From Verrucomicrobiota bacterium (lineage in GTDB: Bacteria; Verrucomicrobiota; Verrucomicrobiia; Opitutales; Cerasicoccaceae), in the NCBI GenBank assembly GCA_039818205.1, contig JBCBUK010000007.1:193675-257674 (forward strand): a DNA stretch of 64,000 nucleotides, read 5' to 3'. Each line of letters starts with the position of its first letter. Positions within the stretch are counted from its first letter, which is position 1. The notes under the pieces were generated by a model that saw nothing but the letters and a program-made list of their open reading frames with translations, had not been told where the DNA came from and did no database searches. Shown piece after piece: positions 1 through 10,727 of the stretch. Made by a program: the position numbers and the translations under genes.

Positions 1-1014
1 TTAGCCGAGCGAGGCATCGACAACACCAAGGAAGTCCGACGTTCCTTGTGCAATATTAAGTTAGCCGCCCGCCACATCACGGACCTTACGGCGCAGATCC
101 AAGCATTTAGCCGCACCAACCAACTTCCGACACGGAATTTCGATCTTACGAAAATCGTCCGTGAGATTGAGGTGCTCATTGGTTCGACCCTCTCTCCGAA
201 TGTTGAACTTGAGGCCAAGATCGAAGACAGGCAGCTCGTTGTTCATGGAACTCCGAGTCAACTGAGCCAGGCTGTCATGAATCTGTGCACCAACGCGCTT
301 CAGGCGATTGGTGCGCATGACAACGGCCGCCTTGGAGTCAGTCTGGAATCCGACGAGGAAAACGCGCGGTTGGTCATTGAGGACAACGGCCACGGAATCG
401 AGGCCGACAAGCTCGATCATATTTTCGATCCATTTTTCACGACCAAACATTTTGGGCTCGGAAGCGGCCTTGGACTCGCCGTGGTTAAAGGGGTCATCGA
501 CGCCCACCAAGGTCGGATTCATGTCTACAGTGATCCCGGCGAATACACCCGATTCCTGATCGAGCTACCGCTTTCCGACGCGGAACCAATTTTCGAGGAG
601 CAACCCTCGGTCGAAGGTTATGCCGCCGTGAACACGGACCGCAACCGCACGGTTCTCCTCGTCGACGACGAGCCGACCATCCGCGGGTTGGGTGTGGATA
701 TCCTCCATTCGCTGGGCTACCGAGTGACCGTCGCCTGCGACGGCAAGGAAGCTTTGGAAATTTTCAATCGGCGCCCGGAATATTTCGACATCATTCTGAG
801 TGATTCTCGTATGCCCGAGATGACTGGGCTTGAGCTCGCAGCCGAAGTCCGCAAGGTGCGCCCCGAGATGCCGTTTATCCTGATCACGGCTTTTGACGAT
901 ACGCGGGATAACCCAATTCTAGCGGATCTCTCGATTACCAATATTTTGCCAAAGCCATTTCGCATCGAGCAGCTCCAAACTTGCTTACGACAGGCAAGTA
1001 TCGGCCTCCACTAA
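1..1014 (+). CDS. Hybrid sensor histidine kinase/response regulator, 5'-truncated by the window edge
   Basis: Frame is open from base 1. HATPase N/G1/F/G2 boxes (NLCTNA, DNGHGI, FDPFFTTK, GSGLGL) are followed by a receiver domain (LLVDDE...LSDSRMP...PKPF). Confidence 0.93.
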   Translation, partial: LAERGIDNTKEVRRSLCNIKLAARHITDLTAQIQAFSRTNQLPTRNFDLTKIVREIEVLIGSTLSPNVELEAKIEDRQLVVHGTPSQLSQAVMNLCTNALQAIGAHDNGRLGVSLESDEENARLVIEDNGHGIEADKLDHIFDPFFTTKHFGLGSGLGLAVVKGVIDAHQGRIHVYSDPGEYTRFLIELPLSDAEPIFEEQPSVEGYAAVNTDRNRTVLLVDDEPTIRGLGVDILHSLGYRVTVACDGKEALEIFNRRPEYFDIILSDSRMPEMTGLELAAEVRKVRPEMPFILITAFDDTRDNPILADLSITNILPKPFRIEQLQTCLRQASIGLH

Positions 1015-1035
1015 TCCACACCGAAGGATGCGAGC

Positions 1036-1527
1036 CTACTGATCTGCTTGAGGTAACCGCGATTCCGTTTGATCGTTGCTACTGGCTGGACGTTCGGCAA
1101 TTTGCACGCGTGTATACCCGGCCTCACGCGCCAAGTCAGAGATATTTAAGAATGCCTGGAGAGAGATGCGTGCATCAGCTTTCAAGAGCAAGATCGCATT
1201 GTTTGCACGGCGCTCCTTGCTATCTTGCTTTGCTAAGATCGACGCCCACGTATCCGCACTCATGAATTGCCCTTGATAGATCAAGCGATCATCCTGAAGT
1301 AGCGTCAATACATCCGCCGTAGGAACTCCCGCTAGTCGAGTCTGTGAAGACTGCGGTAGGGTAAGCTCCTCCAGTGCGACCGTACTGCCAGGTGCGAAGA
1401 CGAAGCGAGAACCCAGCAACGTGAGCATGAAGGCAATCAGCAAAATATCGAACAGTGCAGCGACGTCGGCTCCCGTCGGTGGAGTACGCAGTCGGCGCTG
1501 AAGTTCCAGTGGCTGAACGAGAGACAT
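1036..1527 (-). CDS. exbD: ExbD/TolR family biopolymer transport protein
   Basis: Single TM segment with the conserved Asp (ALFDILLI) and a C-terminal LLKADARI motif; directly downstream of the ExbB-like gene. Confidence 0.85.
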   Translation of the reverse strand: MSLVQPLELQRRLRTPPTGADVAALFDILLIAFMLTLLGSRFVFAPGSTVALEELTLPQSSQTRLAGVPTADVLTLLQDDRLIYQGQFMSADTWASILAKQDSKERRANNAILLLKADARISLQAFLNISDLAREAGYTRVQIAERPASSNDQTESRLPQADQ

Positions 1528-1532
1528 GACAA

Positions 1533-2249
1533 CTAAACAGCTTGTCCGGTGGGAGGTTCTTCGGTGGTGCTGTGTGGGCTCTCAATTCCTGTTTCGCTGG
1601 AAGAGCTATCATCGGCAGCCACCTCCTGAGGCAGATCGAGAATCAGAAACTGCATGATCTCATTGGCAACCCACTCCATGTCGTGGACAATTGCGCGGAC
1701 CCGACCATATAGAAAGTGGTGGGCAAGGTACGCCATCACCGCGATAGACAGGCCAGTTGCCGTAGAGATTAAGGCCTGAGCAATCTCGCCGGAAAACAAA
1801 GACGCGTTGGCATATGGACCTTCTGCCTGCATGACCGCAAACGCACGCATCAGCGCAACTACGGTTCCGAGCAGACCAAGAATCGGCGAAACTTTGGCAA
1901 TGGCAGCAATGGTGCCAATACGCCGCTCGAGTGCCGGAATCTGGATGATCGCTGCCTCCTGCACAGCAGACCGAATCTTCGTTTCGGGCTGGTCGAAGTT
2001 CATGAGCGCCGCCTTAACCACCGAGGCGGTTGGCCCCGGAGTTTCTTCGCATACGGTCAACGCCTCCAAGACTCGTTGTTTACGAACCAGATTTTTAATT
2101 CCGTCAACGAAGGCGATCACCGGGATTTGCCCGCGGTGCAGATACAAAGCCCGCTCTACAAAAAAGACAAAACCAAGCAGGCTGAGTACGAGTAGCGGCC
2201 ACATGATCGGGCCACCACGTTCGACAAGCGATAAATCCAAAAAATTCAT
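1533..2249 (-). CDS. exbB: MotA/TolQ/ExbB proton channel family protein
   Basis: GGPIMWPL start, SPILGLLGTV and IAQALISTATGL motifs. ATG at 2249 chosen. Confidence 0.92.
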   Translation of the reverse strand: MNFLDLSLVERGGPIMWPLLVLSLLGFVFFVERALYLHRGQIPVIAFVDGIKNLVRKQRVLEALTVCEETPGPTASVVKAALMNFDQPETKIRSAVQEAAIIQIPALERRIGTIAAIAKVSPILGLLGTVVALMRAFAVMQAEGPYANASLFSGEIAQALISTATGLSIAVMAYLAHHFLYGRVRAIVHDMEWVANEIMQFLILDLPQEVAADDSSSSETGIESPHSTTEEPPTGQAV

Positions 2250-2344
2250 TGAGCCAGGATGAGGCGCGGTGCACAACACCGCGCAAATTCATCCGTAAGC
2301 ATCGATCTTCAATCCTCCGGCGTCAATCCTCGGATTGGAGGCAT

Positions 2345-5173
2345 CTACTCTACTTTCGAAACATCGACAGCTGAGCTCGCGGGCTTGATTATGACAGGTA
2401 ATCCAGGCCCTGAACCGAGATACTCTGTTGCCAAAGCATTGACTTCATCGAGCGATACCGTGCCGTAATCCGTCGCCAAGGTTCGTGCCCAATCCAGCTG
2501 CTGTGGAAAAGTCGACGACCCCGAAAGGACTCGGCCGAGCCAATAGCTGTTTTTGCGAACATACTCCTCCACGAATTTCTGGATCGGCAACACCGCACGA
2601 TCGAGCTCATCCTGCGTAATGTTGCCCTCGCCGACTCCGATACCGAGGTTGCGAATGATTTCGGCTACCGATTCAACTTTCGCTGGATCGGCGAAGTTCA
2701 AGCCAAACATGTAACCGTAGCCGTCGAAGGTGTCACTGGATTCGTTTCTGGCATAAGGGCTGTAACCCTCACCAAGCTTTTCCCGTACTTCGAGGCGCAG
2801 ACGGTCACGGAATATGCTAGCGAGAACGTTTAGGCGACGAGTGCGCTCAATGTCCCAAAAGTCGGTAGTTGGCCAAAGGACCGCGGCCATCGCCCGCGGA
2901 ATGTCCGACTCAAACGTAAAGAGTTGCTCCTCGGTCGTCGTGGGAAACTCAACGCCCTTCCGCTCTGCCTTGAACAAATCCGCTTTATCGGCCCGCTTAG
3001 GCAGGGCGCCCAAGGTATCCGCTACTACGGTCTTAGCGGTCTCGTAATCAATCTCTCCAACGATCGAGATTTCCAGAAAGTCACTGGTCAACGGCTGTTT
3101 AAGCCAGCCTTTGAGCTTGGACATATCTTGCGCGGAGAACTCTTCCTCGGTGGGGAAGCCAAAGCGGAAATTGTCACCAGCCAAGTAGCTGGCCACTCGG
3201 TAACCCCAAACGCCCTCAACGGTTTTTTCGACCTTGATCGCCATTTCTTCGTAGGACTTGGCGGCAAGGCGAGCTGCTTCTTCGCGATAGCCTGGAGCGG
3301 TCAAGTAAGCGGCCACGAGTTCCAGTTGGCGACGGAAGTCCTTCGGGGTCGTTCCACCGGACAAAGCAAAGTGATCCTCGGCAACACTAAAACCAACGCC
3401 CACACTTTGACCGGCAAGCACCCGCTCAAGCTCATCGATCGAGAGCGCTTCGAGTCCGCCGGCGGTGAAGGCCAGATTGGCAAACGTGGCCAAGCCCTTC
3501 TGGCTCGGATCCATCTGCAAGTTTCCGCCGCCAAAACGAACGTAAACCTGAATCGAATTTGCCTCAAAATCCGTCTGTTTGAAATTGAGATGCACATTGT
3601 TGGCAAATACAGCCTGCTTCACGCCGATATCAGGCGCCTCAGTTTCGGAGACAACCACTCCGGCTTCACCGAAGTTGCTATAAGGCCATTCCAGCTCGGC
3701 CTCAGCAGTGGGCGGCTCGACGGCCACGCCAGCACTCTTCTTGTAGACACCCGACAACGCGGCGTCCGGGTTATCTAACTCCAAGTTGCCGCTCACGAAT
3801 ACAAAACGACCGCCATCCTTCCAAAGATTGCTCAAGGACCGTTGGGCGGTCACCGGCGAAAGTGTCGAAAGTGCTTCACGGGCTATTTCGAGATCGGCTT
3901 CGGGAGCGGTAAATACGAGCTTGTTGGACATGCTGTCGACAATGCCTGCCGACAAGTCTCGGGACTTCCGTGTCGGCGCCGCCTTCACGGCCTTCTCGTA
4001 TTCATTGAGCATCTTCGCTTTCACCTCAGCAACTTCAGCATCCGTAAAACCGTGCTCAATGGCGCGGCGAAGCTCTTGCTCAATGACCGTTAGGGCCTCC
4101 TCCCATTGGTCGGGCTGGCAGTTGACCTCGATTCCCCCGAGCTCAAAGAAATTCAAATAGTCAAAGAAGTATGCGCTCCCGGTTTTAAACGGAGCTTCCT
4201 CGGCCTTGGACAGTTTTTCGAGGCGGCGAGAGACCATCCGATTGGCCGCTGAAGTCATGATATCCCGCATGCGAACCACCTTTGAATCCGGCAATCCATG
4301 GTGTTCCTTTAAAGTCATTAAGGCGACTTCGGTGGCCGGTGCTTCCGGTTCGGAATGCAAGCGGGTTGCCAGCTCCGGCTTGGCAATGGTTCCGAGATCG
4401 ATTGTTGGCAGATCTTTGTCCACGACGGGCAAATCGCCGAACATCTTCTCGATATCCTTCGCGGCGGTCTTCGGGTCGACATCCCCGACGATCACGACGG
4501 CCATATTGTCTGACCGATACCACGTCTTGTAAAAATCGACGAACTCATCGCGATCCGCATTCTCGATAACCTCTTCGATGCCGATTGGGAAACGCTCTGG
4601 CATGCGGGCTTCCGGAAACAAAAACTCCCAATAAGCAACAAAGGTGCGATAGCCGACGGAATCGCGGTCACGCTTCTCGCTAAGGATAACCCCGCGCTCC
4701 TTTTCGATCTCTTCCTCACGGAGAAGCAGACCGCCCGCATAATCGCGGAGAACCTGAAGGCCCTCATCGATCATCTCGGCACTATTTTCAGGAAGCTCCA
4801 ACTTGTAAACGGTTTCATCAAAGCTTGTATGCGCGTTGGTATCCGCCCCGAAGCTCATTCCCAGGCGCTGAAGGAATTCAATCAACTCGCCTGGCGGATA
4901 ATTCTCCGAACCGTTGAATGCCATGTGCTCCAGGAAGTGCGCCAGGCCACGCTGAGCTTCCGTTTCCTGTAGCGAACCCGCCCGGACCAATAAACGAAGG
5001 CTTACCCGACCGGGTGGCTCGTTGTTGGGCATGATCGCCCACTCGAGGCCATTGTCCAACTGACCAGTAACAACATTGGGATCGGTGGGGAGACTACCGG
5101 GCTGCGCGGGTTTCTCCGCGTTAAGTGATAACATCGTTGCGACAAGGGCGGCCGCAACCGAGAAAATCTTCAT
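2345..5173 (-). CDS. M16 family zinc metallopeptidase (PqqL-like), secreted
   Basis: Signal peptide from ATG 5173, inverted zinc motif HFLEH, NAHTSFDETVY, four-domain M16 length. Confidence 0.93.
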   Translation of the reverse strand: MKIFSVAAALVATMLSLNAEKPAQPGSLPTDPNVVTGQLDNGLEWAIMPNNEPPGRVSLRLLVRAGSLQETEAQRGLAHFLEHMAFNGSENYPPGELIEFLQRLGMSFGADTNAHTSFDETVYKLELPENSAEMIDEGLQVLRDYAGGLLLREEEIEKERGVILSEKRDRDSVGYRTFVAYWEFLFPEARMPERFPIGIEEVIENADRDEFVDFYKTWYRSDNMAVVIVGDVDPKTAAKDIEKMFGDLPVVDKDLPTIDLGTIAKPELATRLHSEPEAPATEVALMTLKEHHGLPDSKVVRMRDIMTSAANRMVSRRLEKLSKAEEAPFKTGSAYFFDYLNFFELGGIEVNCQPDQWEEALTVIEQELRRAIEHGFTDAEVAEVKAKMLNEYEKAVKAAPTRKSRDLSAGIVDSMSNKLVFTAPEADLEIAREALSTLSPVTAQRSLSNLWKDGGRFVFVSGNLELDNPDAALSGVYKKSAGVAVEPPTAEAELEWPYSNFGEAGVVVSETEAPDIGVKQAVFANNVHLNFKQTDFEANSIQVYVRFGGGNLQMDPSQKGLATFANLAFTAGGLEALSIDELERVLAGQSVGVGFSVAEDHFALSGGTTPKDFRRQLELVAAYLTAPGYREEAARLAAKSYEEMAIKVEKTVEGVWGYRVASYLAGDNFRFGFPTEEEFSAQDMSKLKGWLKQPLTSDFLEISIVGEIDYETAKTVVADTLGALPKRADKADLFKAERKGVEFPTTTEEQLFTFESDIPRAMAAVLWPTTDFWDIERTRRLNVLASIFRDRLRLEVREKLGEGYSPYARNESSDTFDGYGYMFGLNFADPAKVESVAEIIRNLGIGVGEGNITQDELDRAVLPIQKFVEEYVRKNSYWLGRVLSGSSTFPQQLDWARTLATDYGTVSLDEVNALATEYLGSGPGLPVIIKPASSAVDVSKVE

Positions 5174-5291
5174 TGAGCGGGAAAACATAATGACCATAAA
5201 CAATTGGGAGGTTTGGTTTGCGTGCAAGCGCCAAGGCGAAAGTTATTGTTTTGTTTGACGCCCAGCGCGTTATGAAGTTCCACCAATCGTC

Positions 5292-6587
5292 ATGATCATC
5301 TTCTACCGTATATTATTCCCGTTTCTTTTGCTGGCGGGCTTGCCCTACTACGGGTTGCGGATGATCAAGCGGGGCGGCTACAGCCGAGATTGGCATCACC
5401 GTTTTGGGCAAATCGGGCCCCTGCCCGCCAAACGCGCCGGCGTGAAGCGGGTATGGGTCCAGGCTGTCAGTGTGGGTGAAATTCGGGCGCTTCAACCAAT
5501 CATGGAAGACCTGATTGCCCGCTCTGACATTGAAGTCGTGCTCACGACCACAACAAGCACCGGTTACCTGCTTGTCCAAGAGCACTATACCGAAAAATGC
5601 CTCAAGACTGGCATTTTCCCGCTCGATTGGGCCCCGTTTTGCGCCCAAACCTGGGATCGCATTGAGCCCGATATTTCACTACTCATGGAGGGCGACCTCT
5701 GGCCCGAACATTTACACCAAGCGAAAAAACGCAATGTGCCGGCGCTGCTGATCAATGGCCGCATGTCCAATCGTTCGTTTGGACGCTATCAAAAAATTTC
5801 CCGTCTGTCACACTGGCTCTTTGGAAAAATCAGCCACGTTTATGCCGCCTCCAACCGAGATGCACAACGATTTGCTGAACTTGGAATCCCCAAGGATCGG
5901 CTGCTGACGACCGGCAATGTGAAATTCGATGTGCGGGTAGAGCCGATTCTTGGCAGCGCAGAACGCCAGAATCTCCGCCGCGAAATGGGTTTCGACGACG
6001 CATCCCTGGTCATCATGGGCTCCTCAACCTGGCCAGGGGAAGAGGCATTCCTCCTCAAGGTTTTGGCTGACGCTAAAAAACAGAACCTCGATGCGCGGCT
6101 CATCCTTACCCCGCGACACGCCGAACGTCGGAAGGAAATCCGCAAGGAACTCGAGAAGCATCCAGTTGAGTTCGCTTTTCGCACCAAACAACCAAGATCT
6201 GATCGACCGTTGGATGTCTACGTGGGCGATACCACTGGAGAACTGGCGATGCTAACCCAGGCCGCCGATGTGGTTTTTGTGGGCAAAAGCCTGCCACCCC
6301 ACAATGAGGGTCAAACCCCTATTGAGGCTGCTGCTTTGGGTATGCCGATTGTGTATGGTCCGGGCATGGCCAACTTCCATCAGGTATGCCAATCATTGGA
6401 GTCTGCACACGCTGCTTGGCGGGCCCTTGATGAAGCCGATGCCCGCAAAAAATTGATCCAGCTTCTCACCGACCATCAAGCGAGGAACTCACTGGCTCAG
6501 GCAGCCCACAGCTGGCACGCCCAAAACCGGGGAGCCGCCGACCGAATCCTCCAATCCATGACCGAGCATTTTCTAAGTCCAGAATAG
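5292..6587 (+). CDS. waaA: 3-deoxy-D-manno-octulosonic acid (Kdo) transferase
   Basis: WVQAVSVGE, TTTTSTG, INGRMS, GNVKFD, PRHAER and DTTGEL motifs. Confidence 0.95.
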   Translation: MIIFYRILFPFLLLAGLPYYGLRMIKRGGYSRDWHHRFGQIGPLPAKRAGVKRVWVQAVSVGEIRALQPIMEDLIARSDIEVVLTTTTSTGYLLVQEHYTEKCLKTGIFPLDWAPFCAQTWDRIEPDISLLMEGDLWPEHLHQAKKRNVPALLINGRMSNRSFGRYQKISRLSHWLFGKISHVYAASNRDAQRFAELGIPKDRLLTTGNVKFDVRVEPILGSAERQNLRREMGFDDASLVIMGSSTWPGEEAFLLKVLADAKKQNLDARLILTPRHAERRKEIRKELEKHPVEFAFRTKQPRSDRPLDVYVGDTTGELAMLTQAADVVFVGKSLPPHNEGQTPIEAAALGMPIVYGPGMANFHQVCQSLESAHAAWRALDEADARKKLIQLLTDHQARNSLAQAAHSWHAQNRGAADRILQSMTEHFLSPE

Positions 6588-6713
6588 CGATTGATCGCCT
6601 CGAACCGCGCTCTGCTAAGGCAGTTCACAAAAAATTAGCTAATCGGATTTTACTTGAATGATGAAAAAGACTGATATCTAATCATCATTAGTTTTCACCC
6701 TCCTAACCTCGAG

Positions 6714-6917
6714 ATGTCCTACGTCAGAAGACGTCAAAGCCTGCACTATTACATCATCGGCCACCGCGTCCGGAAGGATTCGTTTTGGCGGGTAGTGACC
6801 TGCTTTACATTATTTTTGCTTGCAGTCTTAATAGGTGCGGGTTGGACTGTGTATCTTAAAGACCAGAACATCAATCAGGCGGCTTCTCGGTTGCTAGAGC
6901 AGACATTTAAGAAATAA
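6714..6917 (+). CDS. Small single-TM hypothetical protein
   Basis: 67-aa ORF with one hydrophobic segment, fills the intergenic gap and is followed by a terminator hairpin. Confidence 0.6.
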   Translation: MSYVRRRQSLHYYIIGHRVRKDSFWRVVTCFTLFLLAVLIGAGWTVYLKDQNINQAASRLLEQTFKK

Positions 6918-6956
6918 ACCTCATCTAGATTTTTTCTCCCAACACCCTCCCCATCA

Positions 6957-6996
6957 AGAAGGCCGTGCTCGCCCCCCGAGTGCGGCCTTCTCTTTT
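6957..6996. terminator. Likely bidirectional intrinsic terminator
   Basis: AGAAGGCCGTGCTCG-CCCCC-CGAGTGCGGCCTTCT plus T-rich tail, between the convergent small ORF and trpA. Confidence 0.7.
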
Positions 6997-7016
6997 CGAG
7001 AAGCCTTGGGGACGAA

Positions 7017-7814
7017 TTAGACGAGACCGCTGATTAGGGAATCGGCCTTCGAACGCAATGCCTTTACGGCAATGTCCGCATCGGAATCGCTCGCGAGACT
7101 GTTGACCAATGCACTTCCGACCACGACGCCGTCCGCTGCCTGACCAACCGCCCGAACATGCTCGGGACGGGACACCCCAAAACCAACCACAACCGGCAAA
7201 TCGGTTTGAGCCTTGATCGAGGCCACGGCATCGGAAAGCCCATCCGGGAGTTCTGCTCGCTCGCCAGTCACACCGGTGCGCGATACATAGTAAATGAATC
7301 CGCTAGTTGCATCACCAATAATCGGCACCCGTTCGGGTGGGGTCGTCGGCGCAACAATGAAAACGGTTTTCAGTCCAAGCTGATCGCAAACATCCATCCA
7401 CGTTTTGGCTTCCTCCGGGGGCAAATCGAGGGTCAAACAACCATCGACTCCGGCCTCAACGGCCCGCTGCGCGTAGGTCATTTCTCCAGGCGCGAAGACT
7501 AAATTATAATAGGTGTAGAGAACGATGGGCACTTCACTGAATTCACGGATCGCTTTGACCAGATCAAAGACTCGATCCTGGGTCATTCCCCCATCCAAGG
7601 CGCGCTGGGCTGCGAGTTGGTTCGGGAGACCATCAGCGAGCGGGTCAGAAAACGGTGCACCGAGCTCAAGGATATCCACCCCAGCTTCGATCAGTTCGCG
7701 GCAGGCGGCCAACGAGGTTTCGAAACTCGGATCGCCCGCGCAAAGATAGGCAACGAATAGCGGTTTATCTTCTTTCTGTCCTTTGGCAAATGCCTCAGTT
7801 ATGCGATCGCTCAT
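7017..7814 (-). CDS. trpA: Tryptophan synthase alpha subunit
   Basis: ELGAPFSDPLADG, YYVSRTGVTG, VGFGVS and DGVVVGSA motifs. ATG at 7814. Confidence 0.97.
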   Translation of the reverse strand: MSDRITEAFAKGQKEDKPLFVAYLCAGDPSFETSLAACRELIEAGVDILELGAPFSDPLADGLPNQLAAQRALDGGMTQDRVFDLVKAIREFSEVPIVLYTYYNLVFAPGEMTYAQRAVEAGVDGCLTLDLPPEEAKTWMDVCDQLGLKTVFIVAPTTPPERVPIIGDATSGFIYYVSRTGVTGERAELPDGLSDAVASIKAQTDLPVVVGFGVSRPEHVRAVGQAADGVVVGSALVNSLASDSDADIAVKALRSKADSLISGLV

Positions 7815-7968
7815 GAAATATCGGAGGTTTGGAGAAAAGAAAAAGACTGAGATTCGACAGCGAAGTGACAATTGTTTTTTCAACTTGGGTGAAATTTGAC
7901 CCAAAATAGGGATAATAGGTCCTTATCGCTTGCGCCCTGCTGCTCGCTGGCGCTAGATGTTTTCCGCC

Positions 7969-9549
7969 ATGTCTTGGGAAAAATTTAAAAAACACTACTT
8001 ATACGTCGACCACCTCGAGTTCGCGCTGGACATCAGCCGCATGAACTTCTCGGAGGACTACCTGGATTCCATGAAGCCGAAGATCGATCAGGCGATCTCG
8101 GACATGGAAACCCTAGAAAGTGGAGCGATTGCTAACCCAGACGAAAATCGGATGGTTGGCCACTACTGGCTACGGGATGCCAGTTTAGCACCGAGTTCGG
8201 AACTCACTTCCGCAATCAACGATTGTGTCGAAGACATCAAGGCGTTTGCCGCCAAAGTTCACTCCGGCGAATTCGTTGGCAAAAACGGCAAATTCGAACA
8301 CCTGCTCTGCATCGGTATCGGTGGCTCGGCGCTCGGTCCGGAATTCGTCCACCAGGCACTCGGCAATCCTGCCATTGATCCGCTCAGCATTCACTTTTTC
8401 GACAACACCGACCCCGATGGCATGGATAAGGTCCTTGCCGTATTGGAGGGCAAGCTCGGTAAGACTTTGGCGGTTGTCACTTCAAAGAGCGGTGGCACGC
8501 CTGAGACCCGCAATGGCATGGTCGAGGCCGAGAATGCCTGGAAGAACGCCAGCCTCGACTTCGGAGCCCACGCGGTCGCCATCACCGGCGAAGGATCTAA
8601 GCTCGATCAACACGCAATTGGAAACAACTGGATCAAGCGCTTCCCCATGTGGGACTGGGTGGGCGGCCGCACGTCGGAACTCGCCGCAGTCGGCTTAGTT
8701 CCCGCCGCGCTATCGGGATATGACGTTGACGCGATGCTACTCGGGGCGCGCGAGATGGACGTCGTCACCCGTCGCAAGGAATTTCACAAAAATCCCGCCG
8801 CCCTTCTCAGCCTAATGTGGTTCTACGCCACCGAAGGTGCTGGCAAGAAGGACATGGTCATCCTCCCCTACAAGGACCGCTTGGAGCTCTTTTCGCGCTA
8901 CCTGCAGCAGCTGGTCATGGAATCTCTGGGTAAGGAACTCGACCTGGACGGCAACACCGTTCACCAAGGCATTGCCGTTTACGGTAATAAAGGATCAACC
9001 GACCAACACGCGTATGTCCAACAGCTGCGCGACGGCGTTCTCAACTTCTTCGCAACCTTCATCGAAGTCCACCAAGACCGCAAAGGAGACTCTCCCCTGG
9101 TTGAAGATGAGTTCACGGCCGGCGATTTCTTGCAGGGTCTCTATTTAGGCACCCGCGATGCTCTTTACGAGAAGGGCAGAGAGTCGATTACGATCTCTGT
9201 GAATGACGTCACCGCCCATTCCGTGGGGATGCTGATCGCTTTATATGAACGCGCGGTTGGTCTATACGGATCATTGGTGAACATTAATGCCTATCACCAA
9301 CCAGGCGTTGAGGCAGGCAAAAAAGCCGCCGCAGGAACCCTTGAAATCCGCCAAAAAGTCGTTCATGCTTTAGCAGCAAAACCGGGCGAAACCTTTACCG
9401 CAGAACAACTTGCTGCAGAATTAGGCCTTGAAACCCAAACCGAACTCATTTTTAAGTTGCTAGAACACATGGCTGCCAATCAGAATCGTTCAATTAGAAA
9501 GCTTTCCGGCGACCCGTTCTACGAAACAAAATACACCTTGGAGAAATAA
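7969..9549 (+). CDS. pgi: Glucose-6-phosphate isomerase
   Basis: [38 protein letters not shown] and QPGVEAGKK motifs. Confidence 0.97.
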   Translation: MSWEKFKKHYLYVDHLEFALDISRMNFSEDYLDSMKPKIDQAISDMETLESGAIANPDENRMVGHYWLRDASLAPSSELTSAINDCVEDIKAFAAKVHSGEFVGKNGKFEHLLCIGIGGSALGPEFVHQALGNPAIDPLSIHFFDNTDPDGMDKVLAVLEGKLGKTLAVVTSKSGGTPETRNGMVEAENAWKNASLDFGAHAVAITGEGSKLDQHAIGNNWIKRFPMWDWVGGRTSELAAVGLVPAALSGYDVDAMLLGAREMDVVTRRKEFHKNPAALLSLMWFYATEGAGKKDMVILPYKDRLELFSRYLQQLVMESLGKELDLDGNTVHQGIAVYGNKGSTDQHAYVQQLRDGVLNFFATFIEVHQDRKGDSPLVEDEFTAGDFLQGLYLGTRDALYEKGRESITISVNDVTAHSVGMLIALYERAVGLYGSLVNINAYHQPGVEAGKKAAAGTLEIRQKVVHALAAKPGETFTAEQLAAELGLETQTELIFKLLEHMAANQNRSIRKLSGDPFYETKYTLEK

Positions 9550-9597
9550 TTTATCTCCGCCCCGTCCCCTGAAAAACAATCTCTCTTCACAAATACT

Positions 9598-10428
9598 ATG
9601 AAAGGTCTGTCAATCGCGCTTCGAATCCTGGCCATCCTTGGTGCCATCGCTGCAGTCGTAGCTTGGCTACTCACTAACGGCAAAGTCGAAGAAATCACCG
9701 CTCAGAAAAATTCGGAGACTAATCGAGCAAATGTCTCCGCATCTCAGGTTGAGACCCTTGAGTCTGACATTCTGAGCATCCGGTCCGAAAATACCCAGCT
9801 TTCCAGCGACAACGCCGACCTCGATTCGCGAGTTAAAACGCTTCAGAGCGGTGCTTCGCGGGACAAACGCGAGATTTCGAACATCCGCAAGGACATGAAG
9901 TCCTTACAAGCCGAATACAACGAGCTGACCAGCGACTATGACGACTTGAAGAAGGAAGTTCAAATTACTGCTAACTCGCGCGACGGTGCGACCTCAATGG
10001 TTGATTCGGCTCAGATTCAAGAATACGAAGACCGCATCCAAGCATTGAACGACGAATTGGACGGTGTGAAGGACAAGTTGGTGGTTGCAGAACGCCGTGC
10101 GCTTAATGCAACCGGTGGGCTCATTGCACCTGCTGGGGACACAACTGGCGGCGGTAGCGCTGCACCCGGTTCAGTTCCTCAGGTTGCCGTTCCAACCAAA
10201 ACAGCTTCCATCCTTCGCTCCGACCTTGATCGTGGCATCCTGATCATCAGCCGTGGCCAGGTCGACGGCCTGCAAAAGCAGATGGAATTTAGTGTCGCTA
10301 AGGGCCTAAGCCGCAAAGTTCGCGTTAAAGTGGGCTCGGTTGCTCCGACCTACAGCGTCGCTTACGTGCTTCCCGGCGAAGATCCAAGTCACCTGCAAGA
10401 AGGTGATGAGGTGAAAATCACTCAATAA
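9598..10428 (+). CDS. Membrane-anchored coiled-coil hypothetical protein with C-terminal beta domain
   Basis: N-terminal TM helix, long heptad-rich region, beta-rich tail. Confidence 0.75.
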   Translation: MKGLSIALRILAILGAIAAVVAWLLTNGKVEEITAQKNSETNRANVSASQVETLESDILSIRSENTQLSSDNADLDSRVKTLQSGASRDKREISNIRKDMKSLQAEYNELTSDYDDLKKEVQITANSRDGATSMVDSAQIQEYEDRIQALNDELDGVKDKLVVAERRALNATGGLIAPAGDTTGGGSAAPGSVPQVAVPTKTASILRSDLDRGILIISRGQVDGLQKQMEFSVAKGLSRKVRVKVGSVAPTYSVAYVLPGEDPSHLQEGDEVKITQ

Positions 10429-10477
10429 GCCCTCGCGGCTTGCGATTCGCCCTATTTCAGTCATTGATAGGATTTCA

Positions 10478-10678
10478 ATGATGGATAAGAACAAACGTAT
10501 CGTGCGCCTACTTGTATTAGGTGCGGTGGCAATGATTGGTGGCCTTTTCACATCCGGTTGTGAATCTGCCGATCCACATGAAAGTGGTCTTCCATGGGCT
10601 CGACCCGCCCAGTGGGAAGGTGGCGCACCCGGATTGGGTGGCGGCGGTGGCCTGAATCAGGGCCGCACCGGCTACTAA
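10478..10678 (+). CDS. Small lipoprotein
   Basis: Basic N-terminus, hydrophobic stretch, lipobox-like TSG|C, then PWARPAQWEG. Confidence 0.7.
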   Translation: MMDKNKRIVRLLVLGAVAMIGGLFTSGCESADPHESGLPWARPAQWEGGAPGLGGGGGLNQGRTGY

Positions 10679-10727
10679 TCGAAAACATACCGTTGATTGC
10701 CCGCCCGTCGGTGGAAATGATGACTCC

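Noticed and set aside
2924..3778. 284-aa plus-strand ORF inside the M16 peptidase
   Set aside because: Antisense shadow of a well-supported gene; no recognisable motifs.
7017..7814. trpA without an adjacent trpB
   Set aside because: Scattered trp genes are common outside enterobacteria; the gene itself is ordinary.
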